From NCBI GenBank assembly GCA_964552465.1, contig CAZKGR010000018.1, forward strand, positions 6,097-70,096: a stretch of DNA of 64,000 nucleotides, given 5' to 3'. Of the stretch, positions 29,701 through 37,774 are shown one piece after another. The translations under genes and the position numbers were made by a program. Numbering within the stretch: the stretch's first letter is position 1; each line of letters starts with the position of its first letter. The DNA comes from an uncultured bacterium (GTDB lineage Bacteria; Electryoneota; Electryoneia; Electryoneales; Electryoneaceae). The notes beneath the pieces were generated by a model. That model saw only the letters and a program-made list of their open reading frames with translations, did no database searches and had not been told where the DNA came from.

Positions 29701-29970
29701 ATGAACTTCAATCGGCGCGCGCAACACCCAATTCGTTGGACGCATCCCATCAGGGCCGTAAACTTCACCGTCATACAAGATACGAGCGAAGCAATAGTCG
29801 GGGTATTGCCAGCCGGGAGGGATAACCTGCGTGACACCCTGGAACACATCTTCGACATTCGAGTCGCTGTCGTTAAGAAGCTCCTCGATCTCGTATAGAC
29901 AGCTCAACTCTTTCGCACGTTCCTGCAATGCTTCAATCAAGTGTTCTACTGATTTTGTTTTATCAGCCAT
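26770..29970 (-). CDS. PEP/pyruvate-binding (PPDK_N ATP-grasp) protein with N-terminal sensor-like region and C-terminal minimal nucleotidyltransferase domain
   Basis: GKLGGKGAG, IVRSSSLLED, AFSGKY.S, MGILIQEVVG, DIEFA, LLQCRPQ; GPGRWG...LSFGTHFF swivel; FGS......GSDIDLL tail. Confidence 0.85.
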   Translation of the reverse strand: MADKTKSVEHLIEALQERAKELSCLYEIEELLNDSDSNVEDVFQGVTQVIPPGWQYPDYCFARILYDGEVYGPDGMRPTNWVLRAPIEVHDSTLGHIEVFYTREMPNEDQGPFLKEEIKLLDTIAERIGHFLLHKQLKLVVVDWDSARKEIKREGEWQVVVDLLRRTDQELFLVVARKMMNHLCWKGVVEADEILATLGSSVRRNEIDDDPNRPVHQSKTFDILALSDEIFRVAEENLSDLEIFELVQKYLQENRASFLVRTLINLNSTLTDISDAIRRFHHLSLDTIELPESTRKGVKVAMARRFLSDQLDFIQIAKHYVEIKDFIQLIPRLIHPVNSHGKLGGKGAGMYLAWKMIQRAIDEFPEYAEVKLPKTWYITSDGLHSFLHHNNLEEVTEQKYKDIEQARQEYPHIVHLFKVSHVPPEIIPGLSMALDDFGDSPIIVRSSSLLEDRLGSAFSGKYTSLFLANRGSKNDRLEALMDAIAEVYSSTFGSDPIEYRAERGLLDFHEEMGILIQEVVGTQVGKYYLPAFAGVAFSNNEFRWSPRIKREDGLIRLVPGLGTRAVDRLSDDYCILATPGQPSLRVNATVEENVRYAPRNMDVIDLDRNEFVTVAIKDFLHEHGDAFPRITEIVSEIEGDYMRQPNLFNLDFAEKEYAVTFEGLIHNSPFMQHMRNVMTTLEESFKVPVDIEFAHDGKFFYLLQCRPQSHGEYTRPQPIPTDIPESAILFSASKFVSNGWVPDIQYVVYVDPSAYGDLEDKKKMLRVARAVGALNKLLPKRQFILMGPGRWGSRGDIKLGVSITYSDINNTAMLIEIARKKGNYVPDLSFGTHFFQDLVESSIRYLPLYPDEANNAFNERILTKSANILSQMLPEFEDLEKVVRVIDVQHSVGGKILKVFMNADLEQAVAVFTTPTQELDPEAMTAQYTDEIPVDTSVDDDHWRWRYRMSERIASRLEPGEFGIKAFYIFGSTKNGTAAAGSDIDLLLHVTEDSKDRKALLRWLEGWSAALAEMNYLRTGYRTDGLLDVHFVTDEDIQNRSSYAVKIGAVTDAAKQIPFGRTKGQS

Positions 29971-31714
29971 GAATGATTACTCCACGCGCGCTGCGCCCGT
30001 CAACCTTGACAAGTAATGGTTTCAATAGACGGACATGACGAAGGTACTCTGTTTCCTGAACGAGTGGACGACGACTCAACCACTCGAAATCTATTGTGTT
30101 TGGACTGTCATGCGAAACCGCAAAGTAATTTACCTGGAACGATGACAGGTTATGAAAGAAATGTGATCCTTGGCTAAGATCAACATTCATCTCAGGAGTT
30201 GTGACTTCTACAATGCTCGATGCAGCTGAAATCTGACTCCAGACTACCGGTATGCCAAGCCACGGATCGCTCGTTCCCCAACGTCCAAATCCGATCAACA
30301 AACAAGGACGATTCTCACGCAGCAACGACAAGTTGATTGGCTCCAATTCCTGGGCGATCTGTGGTGTTTTCGCGGCGTTAAAGGATTCCGGCTTGAGATA
30401 GATAATATCGAGTAATTGTTGATCTATGCCGTTGCCTAAAGCACGGTCGGATGAGAGTAGCAGGTCACGGTTTTCATAATCTGCTTCTGTGAGGGTCACA
30501 TTCTCCTCAAACGCCACCATTGGACGAACCTGAAGAAAGCTGAATTTCGCCATGTCTTCAGATGATTTCGGGAGTTCAACGGCAAATTCGATCTCAACTT
30601 CTTGTCCAATCTCTTCTTCACATAACTTGAGAAGTCGTTGGACCAGTTTGTTTAATGGAAACAAACTGAATTGGAGCGTCGGACCAAAGTCAATTACACG
30701 CGGACCATCGCGACCGATCCCTGGTTGCAAACGGTCTGATTGAGCATCGTAGGTCGAGGCAATGTGATTAAGGCTACCATCCTCTTCCGCCACATCGAGT
30801 CCTGCTTTAACCAGGTATTCTGCTTCCTGCAATGGATCAAATGTTGGAATATTACCGAGATTCACTGACCAGAAATCTGTCTGAGTGGTTTTGAGCAGAT
30901 CCTGCATCGATCCCACTGGAGGAGGTAGCTTGGGGTAAGATGGGCAATAAGTCCATACCAAACCGCCGTCCACGATGTGCTTTCCCAGACCCAGCGCGAG
31001 ATCAACCACGCCTTGTTCCGGACGAGCGCGTCCGAATGCATAGTAGTTGAAGGAACGCCCAACGCCGGACAAAGTCGGATAGAAACGATCACCATGTTCA
31101 CTGCCAGCGACTACCTGAATGATTACTGCCATCTCTTCATCGGCAGGATCAACATGTGCCTTTTCCATGTACAACCGCGCTTCACGGAACCATGTCGATG
31201 CCCAAACGAACTTGATCGCCTCAATCAATTTGTGAAACCGAGCAGTCGTGTCACTAAGGTTGTTTGGTATCATCTTGGTCGCGTAGACACCGGCGAACGG
31301 CTGGAACATGGCGTCTTCAAGTCGACTCGATGACCGAACTGCCAGCGGACCCTTCAACGTATCCGCAAGCGACATCAAGTCTCCAACATGCTTGCCGGGA
31401 AAGGTTGCTTTCTGAAATGCGCGACCGATGCGTTCGTCGGAAGGTGGATCGTCCAACAGCTCCTGCAACTTATTGAACTCGACGAAATCGCGAAACATCG
31501 AGGAACGAAGCACTACCATTTCCGGAATGGTTACGTCAATGCTGGGAAATTCTCTTGGATCAAAGCGATCACGAAGAAGTTCGTCCATGAACGCTAATCC
31601 CAATGCCTTGCCGCCAAATTCACCCGCACCAATAAACCGGTAGCGCTGTTCCGCCGTGTTTTGATGACGATGGAACGGGGTGGCATATGTGGCATCCTTG
31701 CCCAGCGTAGCCAT
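29963..31714 (-). CDS. PEP/pyruvate-binding (PPDK_N ATP-grasp) protein
   Basis: GEFGGKALG, AVRSSSRLED, PFAGVY.T, MAVIIQ, EIEFA, FLQVRPM; GFGRWG...LSQGSHFF. Start moved to MATLGK; 8-nt overlap with the next gene. Confidence 0.85.
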   Translation of the reverse strand: MATLGKDATYATPFHRHQNTAEQRYRFIGAGEFGGKALGLAFMDELLRDRFDPREFPSIDVTIPEMVVLRSSMFRDFVEFNKLQELLDDPPSDERIGRAFQKATFPGKHVGDLMSLADTLKGPLAVRSSSRLEDAMFQPFAGVYATKMIPNNLSDTTARFHKLIEAIKFVWASTWFREARLYMEKAHVDPADEEMAVIIQVVAGSEHGDRFYPTLSGVGRSFNYYAFGRARPEQGVVDLALGLGKHIVDGGLVWTYCPSYPKLPPPVGSMQDLLKTTQTDFWSVNLGNIPTFDPLQEAEYLVKAGLDVAEEDGSLNHIASTYDAQSDRLQPGIGRDGPRVIDFGPTLQFSLFPLNKLVQRLLKLCEEEIGQEVEIEFAVELPKSSEDMAKFSFLQVRPMVAFEENVTLTEADYENRDLLLSSDRALGNGIDQQLLDIIYLKPESFNAAKTPQIAQELEPINLSLLRENRPCLLIGFGRWGTSDPWLGIPVVWSQISAASSIVEVTTPEMNVDLSQGSHFFHNLSSFQVNYFAVSHDSPNTIDFEWLSRRPLVQETEYLRHVRLLKPLLVKVDGRSARGVIIHG

Positions 31715-31802
31715 TGCTTCATCCTCGCTTGTTGAGTGAGATAATCCGCTAACCTCAAAGGTACCGAGGGATTGAGAAAACGACAATGGCAGGAGAGAGC
31801 GC

Positions 31803-32654
31803 TTACATACGATATGCAATGCCCAAATAGAACGAGGAAGGCCAACGGCGATCCAGGAAATCGTCATGAGGATGATGCCCGGCAAACACTGAGAAATTGC
31901 CGCCAGACCGTTGAATTATAAGGCTCAAGCGTACATCACCCCGGTGACGCCAACGTTCATCCGCACTCTCACGCAGTAGCATCAGGTCCCATTGTACCCG
32001 AGCTTCGACCAACAGAGATTTGTACACCGGCCACACTCCAGCTACATATCCCTCTGCCTGCCCTTGCTGCAATGGATGGTTGCCAAGAATGGTTGCGGGA
32101 CCGCCGTGTATGAACGGTCCTGCGAATACATACATATCCCAAGTCGGTCGATTTTCCCACCACGCGCGCATCGTGGTCGAACCATAAACATCGACCGGTG
32201 ATGTTGTCCCGAACCCAAATCCCGCCTGCGTGAAGAATGTGCTCATCGGTGAACGGATGTCGATCTCGTGATAGCACCACCGTTCCCAGTGTGAGAACAC
32301 AGCAATTCTGTTCGCGAGTTGCCAGCGCCAGCTGAGAAACTGGGCGCTGTCAATGTGACGCGGGTTGAACGGTGTGATCGAGGCGCTATGATCAAATCCA
32401 GCCGCTTCACGATATCCCGCGCCGAACCAGACCGCATGACCATATCCTTCACCAATCTGGAACAGAAGCTCCGCACCGTAGTCCCAGGTGGCGGTTGGAT
32501 CTTTTTCCGTATGCTGGTACGCCCAGGTGTGCCCGGCCGGGGAGAAAGTCCAGTCCCAGCCAGCAGTCTCAAAGGCTTCCTGGGCTGGAGCTGGTGTGAA
32601 GAATGCAAATGAGAAGACAGTCACTAATGCAATCAGAAGGTGGGTGAACCGCAT
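31803..32654 (-). CDS. Hypothetical exported protein, probable outer-membrane beta-barrel
   Basis: Signal peptide (APA|QE); Trp/aromatic-rich alternating strands; terminal FYLGIAYRM. Confidence 0.6.
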   Translation of the reverse strand: MRFTHLLIALVTVFSFAFFTPAPAQEAFETAGWDWTFSPAGHTWAYQHTEKDPTATWDYGAELLFQIGEGYGHAVWFGAGYREAAGFDHSASITPFNPRHIDSAQFLSWRWQLANRIAVFSHWERWCYHEIDIRSPMSTFFTQAGFGFGTTSPVDVYGSTTMRAWWENRPTWDMYVFAGPFIHGGPATILGNHPLQQGQAEGYVAGVWPVYKSLLVEARVQWDLMLLRESADERWRHRGDVRLSLIIQRSGGNFSVFAGHHPHDDFLDRRWPSSFYLGIAYRM

Positions 32655-32790
32655 CGCCAGAACCTCGCGCGTGAACGTCATAGGTGAACAGGGCAGTATC
32701 ACGTCGGTCGAGACAAACTACGGTTTTGCTGTGCTTCAGGGAACAGTATACCTTCCTGTTTCACAGTGAACGGGATCAACCGAGACGACG

Positions 32791-33276
32791 ATGATCGATC
32801 TGGATCGTATATACATGGAAATGGCGCTGCACCTCGCCGAAGAAGCGGCCCGTGCGGACGAAGTCCCTATCGGCGCAGTGATCGTCAAGGACGGCAAGGT
32901 GATCGGCAAGGGCCGCAATCGCACGATGGCGCTGAACGATCCCACAGCGCACGCCGAGATGGACGCGATAACTGCCGCGACGAACACACTGGGCGAGCGT
33001 TACCTCAACGGTGCGACGATGTATGTCACCCTCGAGCCGTGCCCAATGTGCGCGGGCGCGTTGTGGCTGGCGCGAATCGAACGACTGGTCTACGCCGCCG
33101 CTGACCCGAAAGCGGGCGCCATCGAGTCGCTGTACCGTCTTCACGACGATCCCCGCCTCAATCACCAATACCCCATAACCACCGGTGTGCTCGAAGATCA
33201 AGCAGGTGAGCTGCTGCGAACCTACTTCCAGAGGAAAAGACAGGAAAAGAGAGAAAAAGACAGTAACGGACAGTAA
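32791..33276 (+). CDS. tadA: tRNA adenosine(34) deaminase
   Basis: EVPIGAVIV, DPTAHAE, TLEPCPMC.GA, DPKAGA, FQRKR. Confidence 0.95.
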   Translation: MIDLDRIYMEMALHLAEEAARADEVPIGAVIVKDGKVIGKGRNRTMALNDPTAHAEMDAITAATNTLGERYLNGATMYVTLEPCPMCAGALWLARIERLVYAAADPKAGAIESLYRLHDDPRLNHQYPITTGVLEDQAGELLRTYFQRKRQEKREKDSNGQ

Positions 33277-33286
33277 AAGACAGTAA
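33259..33286. repeat. 10-nt period repeat (GACAGTAA x3) over the tadA stop
   Basis: gacagtaa at 33259, 33269 and 33279; the second copy supplies the TAA stop. Confidence 0.75.
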
Positions 33287-33298
33287 CCGCAAGATCCA

Positions 33299-34303
33299 TC
33301 AATCTGGTGGTGAGCTGGAATCTATCCCACCCCTGTAGATATGCCGCCCGAGCAGGTTGACCCACTCGGTGAAGTCGCTGTCTGATCCCTCATTCTTCTT
33401 CAGGATGCGGTCGAGGGCGTTGAGCTTGCTGTCGATCTCGTCGAGGAAATACAGCACGAACGCTTCACGGGTCTTTGGAACTACCGGGCTGCTCTGTTCG
33501 AGCAAACCCTGATGGCTAAGCACTAGGTGCTTGAGCTGCACGGCGGTCGCGTCGTCCAATTCCTCGACATCATCCATACGCCGTTGCAGGTACTCCGCGC
33601 CGATGACGATGTGGCCTTCCAAGCGTCCACGAGTAGTGTAATCGATCACCGTGTCCGCCCGCAATTCCCACAATTTGCCGACATCGTGGAAGATCGCACC
33701 TGCGATCAACAGGTCGCGGTTCAGGTCAGGATAATGCGCGCACATCTTCTCAATCAATCCGACGATTGACGCTGTGTGTTCGAGCAGGCCGCCGACGTAG
33801 CCGTGATGCCACATCTTGCCCGCCGGGGAACGTGTGAACCCAGCGACAAACTCGTCGTCCTCGAGTAAATGGTCGAGTAATGTTTTCAAGCCGGAGTGGG
33901 TGATTTCCTCAACGGCAGCCCGGATGATATCCCAATCCTGTTCCGGATCACGGTCACTGGTAGGAATGAATCGATCTTCATCGACTTCATCGCCGTCGTT
34001 CACCAGACGGATCTGATGCAGTTTCAGCTCGAGATTACCCTGATACTCCTGCGGTGTGGCACGGACTTTGACCAGTGAACCAACCGAAAACACCTTGTGG
34101 AAAGTATCCGCTTCATCCCACAGGTTAGCCTTGATATGCCCGGTTCGATCACCCAGATCGAGATAGAGATACGGTTTATTGTCGCGGGTGGTTCGTAATT
34201 CAGACTTACGTACTGCGAGGAAAGTGTCTAACTGTTCTCCGGGGGCGAATTCATCTATGAACGGCCACACATAGTGCGGGCCATCAGCGGAATTAGTTGT
34301 CAT
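33299..34303 (-). CDS. yhaM: 3'-5' exoribonuclease YhaM family (OB fold + HD)
   Basis: L.LGDRTG.I.A.LW OB fold; SPAGKMWHH..GGLLEHT, FHDVGK, GHI.IG, HLVLSHQG, DEIDSK. Confidence 0.9.
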   Translation of the reverse strand: MTTNSADGPHYVWPFIDEFAPGEQLDTFLAVRKSELRTTRDNKPYLYLDLGDRTGHIKANLWDEADTFHKVFSVGSLVKVRATPQEYQGNLELKLHQIRLVNDGDEVDEDRFIPTSDRDPEQDWDIIRAAVEEITHSGLKTLLDHLLEDDEFVAGFTRSPAGKMWHHGYVGGLLEHTASIVGLIEKMCAHYPDLNRDLLIAGAIFHDVGKLWELRADTVIDYTTRGRLEGHIVIGAEYLQRRMDDVEELDDATAVQLKHLVLSHQGLLEQSSPVVPKTREAFVLYFLDEIDSKLNALDRILKKNEGSDSDFTEWVNLLGRHIYRGGIDSSSPPD

Positions 34304-34333
34304 CTTGCACCCGGTGCGTTTAGGTGGGAAACC

Positions 34334-34507
34334 TCATTCTTCCAGCTTGTCCAACTGATCCATCATCGCTTCGAGATCTTCAATTGTTTGTTCCGGATCA
34401 TCTAACTCGCGTTCAATGGCCGCGTTCAACTCCTTCAGCATGCGAAGCAGTGTGAAGAGGGTCGCCAGCGACACGAGCAGTGCAATGATGAGGACGAGTA
34501 TATCCAT
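34334..34507 (-). CDS. 57-aa single-pass membrane protein absent from the ORF track
   Basis: Translated by hand: MDILVLIIALLVSLATLFTLLRMLKELNAAIERELDDPEQTIEDLEAMMDQLDKLEE. Starts 2 nt after the ltaE stop and fills the gap to yhaM. Confidence 0.75.
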   Translation of the reverse strand: MDILVLIIALLVSLATLFTLLRMLKELNAAIERELDDPEQTIEDLEAMMDQLDKLEE

Positions 34508-34509
34508 AA

Positions 34510-35541
34510 TCACGCCGGTATCAGTTCGTGAAACGCTTGCAAAGTTTCGTCAATGCCGGAATCATCTACGTCCATGTGAGTAACCAGACGCATACGGCCG
34601 GCATCGAACGAAATCGTACCGATTCCACGCTCATTAAGCTTATCCATCAGCTCGAGCGCCGAACCGTCCTTGAAAGTTAACCACACGATGTTCGTATGCA
34701 ACCCTTCCAAGTCAACATCTATCGTATCGAAGCGGTTCAGTTCTTCGCCGAGTTGCTTTGCGCGACGGTGGTCGTCATGCAATTTGGAACGATGATTATT
34801 AATCGCATACAACGCGCCCGCCGCGATGATCCCCGCCTGACGCATGCCGCCGCCTAAGCGTTTCCGCCATCGATGTGCTTCGTCAATGAACTCAGCTGAA
34901 CCCGCGACTGCGCTGCCTACAGGTGCGCCCAATCCCTTGCTGAAGCACACGGAGACGGTGTCAGCATACGATGCCCACACCTTTTCTTCGATTCCACTTC
35001 CGGCTGTAGCATTCCACAAGCGTGCACCGTCGAGATGGATCAGCAGATCGTGCTCATCAGCCAGTTTGCGATGCTCTTTAACAATATCCAACGGCCAGAT
35101 CGCGCCGCCGCCGCCGTTGGACGTGTTTTCAATCTCGATGATGCGGGAAGGGGGGAAGTGGTGATCAGCCGGACGCAGTCGTTTGGCAATATCATCCGCC
35201 GTGAAAATACCGCGATCACCAGGCAATGGCCAAAGTTGTGCACGTGTGATTACTGGAACCGCCGCAGCTTCGTAGTTGAAGATGTGCGCTTTTTCGCTGC
35301 AGTAGATCTCGGTGCCGGTACCCGCGTTAACCGCCAACGCAAGCTGGTTGGCCATCGTACCGGATGGGACATACAAGGCTGCTTCCTTGCCGAGCACATC
35401 AGCAACACGTTCTTCCAGTGCATGGATCGTAGGATCTTCGGAAAACACATCATCGCCGACTTCGGCCTCAGCCATTACACGACGCATCTCCGGGGTCGGC
35501 TTGGTCACCGTATCACTACGTAAATCAACACGAAACATCAC
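34510..35541 (-). CDS. ltaE: Low-specificity L-threonine aldolase
   Basis: DLRSDTVTKPT, GDDVF.EDPT, PSGTMANQ, IENT.N..GG, HLDGARLWNA, CFSKGLGAPVGS, GGGMRQAG. Confidence 0.96.
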   Translation of the reverse strand: MMFRVDLRSDTVTKPTPEMRRVMAEAEVGDDVFSEDPTIHALEERVADVLGKEAALYVPSGTMANQLALAVNAGTGTEIYCSEKAHIFNYEAAAVPVITRAQLWPLPGDRGIFTADDIAKRLRPADHHFPPSRIIEIENTSNGGGGAIWPLDIVKEHRKLADEHDLLIHLDGARLWNATAGSGIEEKVWASYADTVSVCFSKGLGAPVGSAVAGSAEFIDEAHRWRKRLGGGMRQAGIIAAGALYAINNHRSKLHDDHRRAKQLGEELNRFDTIDVDLEGLHTNIVWLTFKDGSALELMDKLNERGIGTISFDAGRMRLVTHMDVDDSGIDETLQAFHELIPA

Positions 35542-35555
35542 GGCTCCACATTATA

Positions 35556-36650
35556 TCATTCAGGTTCGTTATGGAATATCACGCCTGCACGCAATATATA
35601 TGGGACAACATCATCATAGACTGTCCGCGTGATTTCATCGCCAGTATGGAGCAATATGCCTGCAGCTGTATAGGCGATAAGCTCTTCGCTTAAAATGTAC
35701 GATCCACCAATTCCGAGCTGGGTAAAAGTTAAATCTTCAGGATCAGAAATACGGTAACGAACGCCAGTTCGCAGGCTGATCAACTCATTGATTTGCAGGA
35801 ATCCTGAAACTCCGGTACTAATCAAGTTGGTTGTGAGATCGGTGCTGACGCCATCGATTTGGATCATATCCGTTTTATAGATAAGCAAATCTGCTTCGAC
35901 ACCTGCAAATGAATTTGCCCAACCGATCCCGGCCCGCACGCCCGGCGCACCGCTGTAACTGATGTAGTTCTTGTTGCGCAAAGATCCTAACACAGGCTGT
36001 TCTATCGTGAATTGGCCCGTCGCAGGGGTTTCTAACGACACACCCCACCGCCAGTTTTCCATTGATTTCTTAATTCCCAGGCGGGCAAACCACAGCAATG
36101 GCGTATAAAGCGTATCCTGCGCGGACTCGTTTTCAAGAACACCATCCCTGGCTCGACCAAGAATCGGTCCAGCGCTGATGCCCAGGGAATACCCGTTGCC
36201 GAGAGTGTGAGCATAGGATGCGGAAATTTCCGAATACGAAATCGAATTTCGCGTCTCGCCTATGCGTGAGTACTTGGCGCTCGACTCTTCCACATTTCGT
36301 CCAATGAATCCCAGTCCGATCGCGCTGTTTTTCAGAGAATACAAGTATCCGAACATTCCTAAACCGGCCTTGTATTCAGATGGGGAAACGCGGGCTTCAG
36401 TGGCGTAGGAGCTGGTTAGAATCGAACCAGCGTAGATTTGATGGTGTTCGGTGAGTAAACCGCCGGGATTGGTCCACATGGACATTACGCCGTCGTCCAG
36501 TACCATCATGCTGTTTGCACTGGCAGTATTCAGAGTCGTTCCGGCGGACAGAAAACTGTTGTACACACTCAAGTCATCTGCTTTCACGATTCCAATTGAC
36601 AGCAAGTATGCAGCAATGGAGGTGACAAATATGCGTAGTGAAATACTCAT
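35556..36650 (-). CDS. Hypothetical outer-membrane barrel (PorV/FadL-like)
   Basis: Signal peptide (VKA|DD); ..SMWTNPGGL motif; amphipathic beta strands. Confidence 0.55.
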   Translation of the reverse strand: MSISLRIFVTSIAAYLLSIGIVKADDLSVYNSFLSAGTTLNTASANSMMVLDDGVMSMWTNPGGLLTEHHQIYAGSILTSSYATEARVSPSEYKAGLGMFGYLYSLKNSAIGLGFIGRNVEESSAKYSRIGETRNSISYSEISASYAHTLGNGYSLGISAGPILGRARDGVLENESAQDTLYTPLLWFARLGIKKSMENWRWGVSLETPATGQFTIEQPVLGSLRNKNYISYSGAPGVRAGIGWANSFAGVEADLLIYKTDMIQIDGVSTDLTTNLISTGVSGFLQINELISLRTGVRYRISDPEDLTFTQLGIGGSYILSEELIAYTAAGILLHTGDEITRTVYDDVVPYILRAGVIFHNEPE

Positions 36651-36668
36651 GAAATAAGCAGACCAGGG

Positions 36669-37448
36669 TTAGAGCGAGAAGGTTTCGACGTAGACGATTT
36701 TCAGCGAACGTCCGAAGCCTTCTGTGTTGTCAGAAGTATTCAACAGGTCATATGCATCAAACTGAATCGCCAGCGCCTTGGCAAATGAGAACCTGACCGC
36801 AGCGTTCAAGTAACCGTATTCGCCTTCACCGAATTTATTTTCGAGGATGTTGTCATCCAATGTGAGATCATACTCGCCGATGATCGTCAATTGTTCATTC
36901 AGGCTGAAGTCCACTCCCAGGTACCCATCCCAACCACGCTGTTCCTGAACTTCAATTGTGTTGTAATTGACACCTGCGTGGATTCCGAATCCCCCATACG
37001 CTGACCGAAAATTGCGCGACACCGCCGCGAATGCGCCCGGTGCCTTGTACAAATAACGCTCTTCTTCCTCAAACCATGGACCTGATCCCTGCATCTCGAA
37101 GCCGATTGTTATTGCGGGGAGAGTCATTGACTCTTCAATCAGACGATACTTGACCAGAACACCTGGAAGCTCATTTCCACCAAACTCATCGTAACCTAGA
37201 ATTTGCTCGCCGCCGTAGGAGATGCCGAACATGAAACGGTGGAAGAGGCCAACACTAACCCCGGCAAGCAATCCGCCATTGCCATATGCGCTAACGTTGA
37301 GACCATACTGACCTTGTTTCAACGTGCCCGCCGTTGGATTGACAACGAGGTGCTGCATTTCGAGTGCGGAAGTGTTATCAGGAACCTGTGAAAACACTGG
37401 TGATGAACAAATCAGGATGGTCAAGAAGCATGGTAAGAGGAATCGCAT
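36669..37448 (-). CDS. YjbH-like outer-membrane protein
   Basis: LV.NPTAG.L, G.SYGG...G, KYRLIEES...PAITIGF, EYDL.LDD, GYLNAAVRF, terminal F; start moved to MRFLL. Confidence 0.65.
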   Translation of the reverse strand: MRFLLPCFLTILICSSPVFSQVPDNTSALEMQHLVVNPTAGTLKQGQYGLNVSAYGNGGLLAGVSVGLFHRFMFGISYGGEQILGYDEFGGNELPGVLVKYRLIEESMTLPAITIGFEMQGSGPWFEEEERYLYKAPGAFAAVSRNFRSAYGGFGIHAGVNYNTIEVQEQRGWDGYLGVDFSLNEQLTIIGEYDLTLDDNILENKFGEGEYGYLNAAVRFSFAKALAIQFDAYDLLNTSDNTEGFGRSLKIVYVETFSL

Positions 37449-37774
37449 TCCGCAGCGTGGCATGGATGAGCTCCATCGTAGGATTGCGCGGTAAACAGGA
37501 ACCGCTGACGATGTATGAATATAGTGAACGTGGGAGAGCCCGTGGAAACTGTCTTTCATCAAATGAGTGGTATGTTGGTACCGCTCAAAGTGGAGGTAAG
37601 TGCAGCTTGCACCCGGGTGGGGGTGAGGCTACCTTCACGCGCTAACGTAAAAAAGCTTTCACACACAAACGTTGTTCCCCTCCGGAGGGAGAGCTGCGCG
37701 AATCTTCGAACGATGCCAGGTGGCAATCAATGGATTCTGTCGCAGACTGGGGATACGCAGGAGATGGATACGAG

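Noticed and set aside
26770-31714. Ordinary ppsA/ppdK
   Set aside because: The C-terminal PEP/pyruvate-binding barrel is absent in both proteins.
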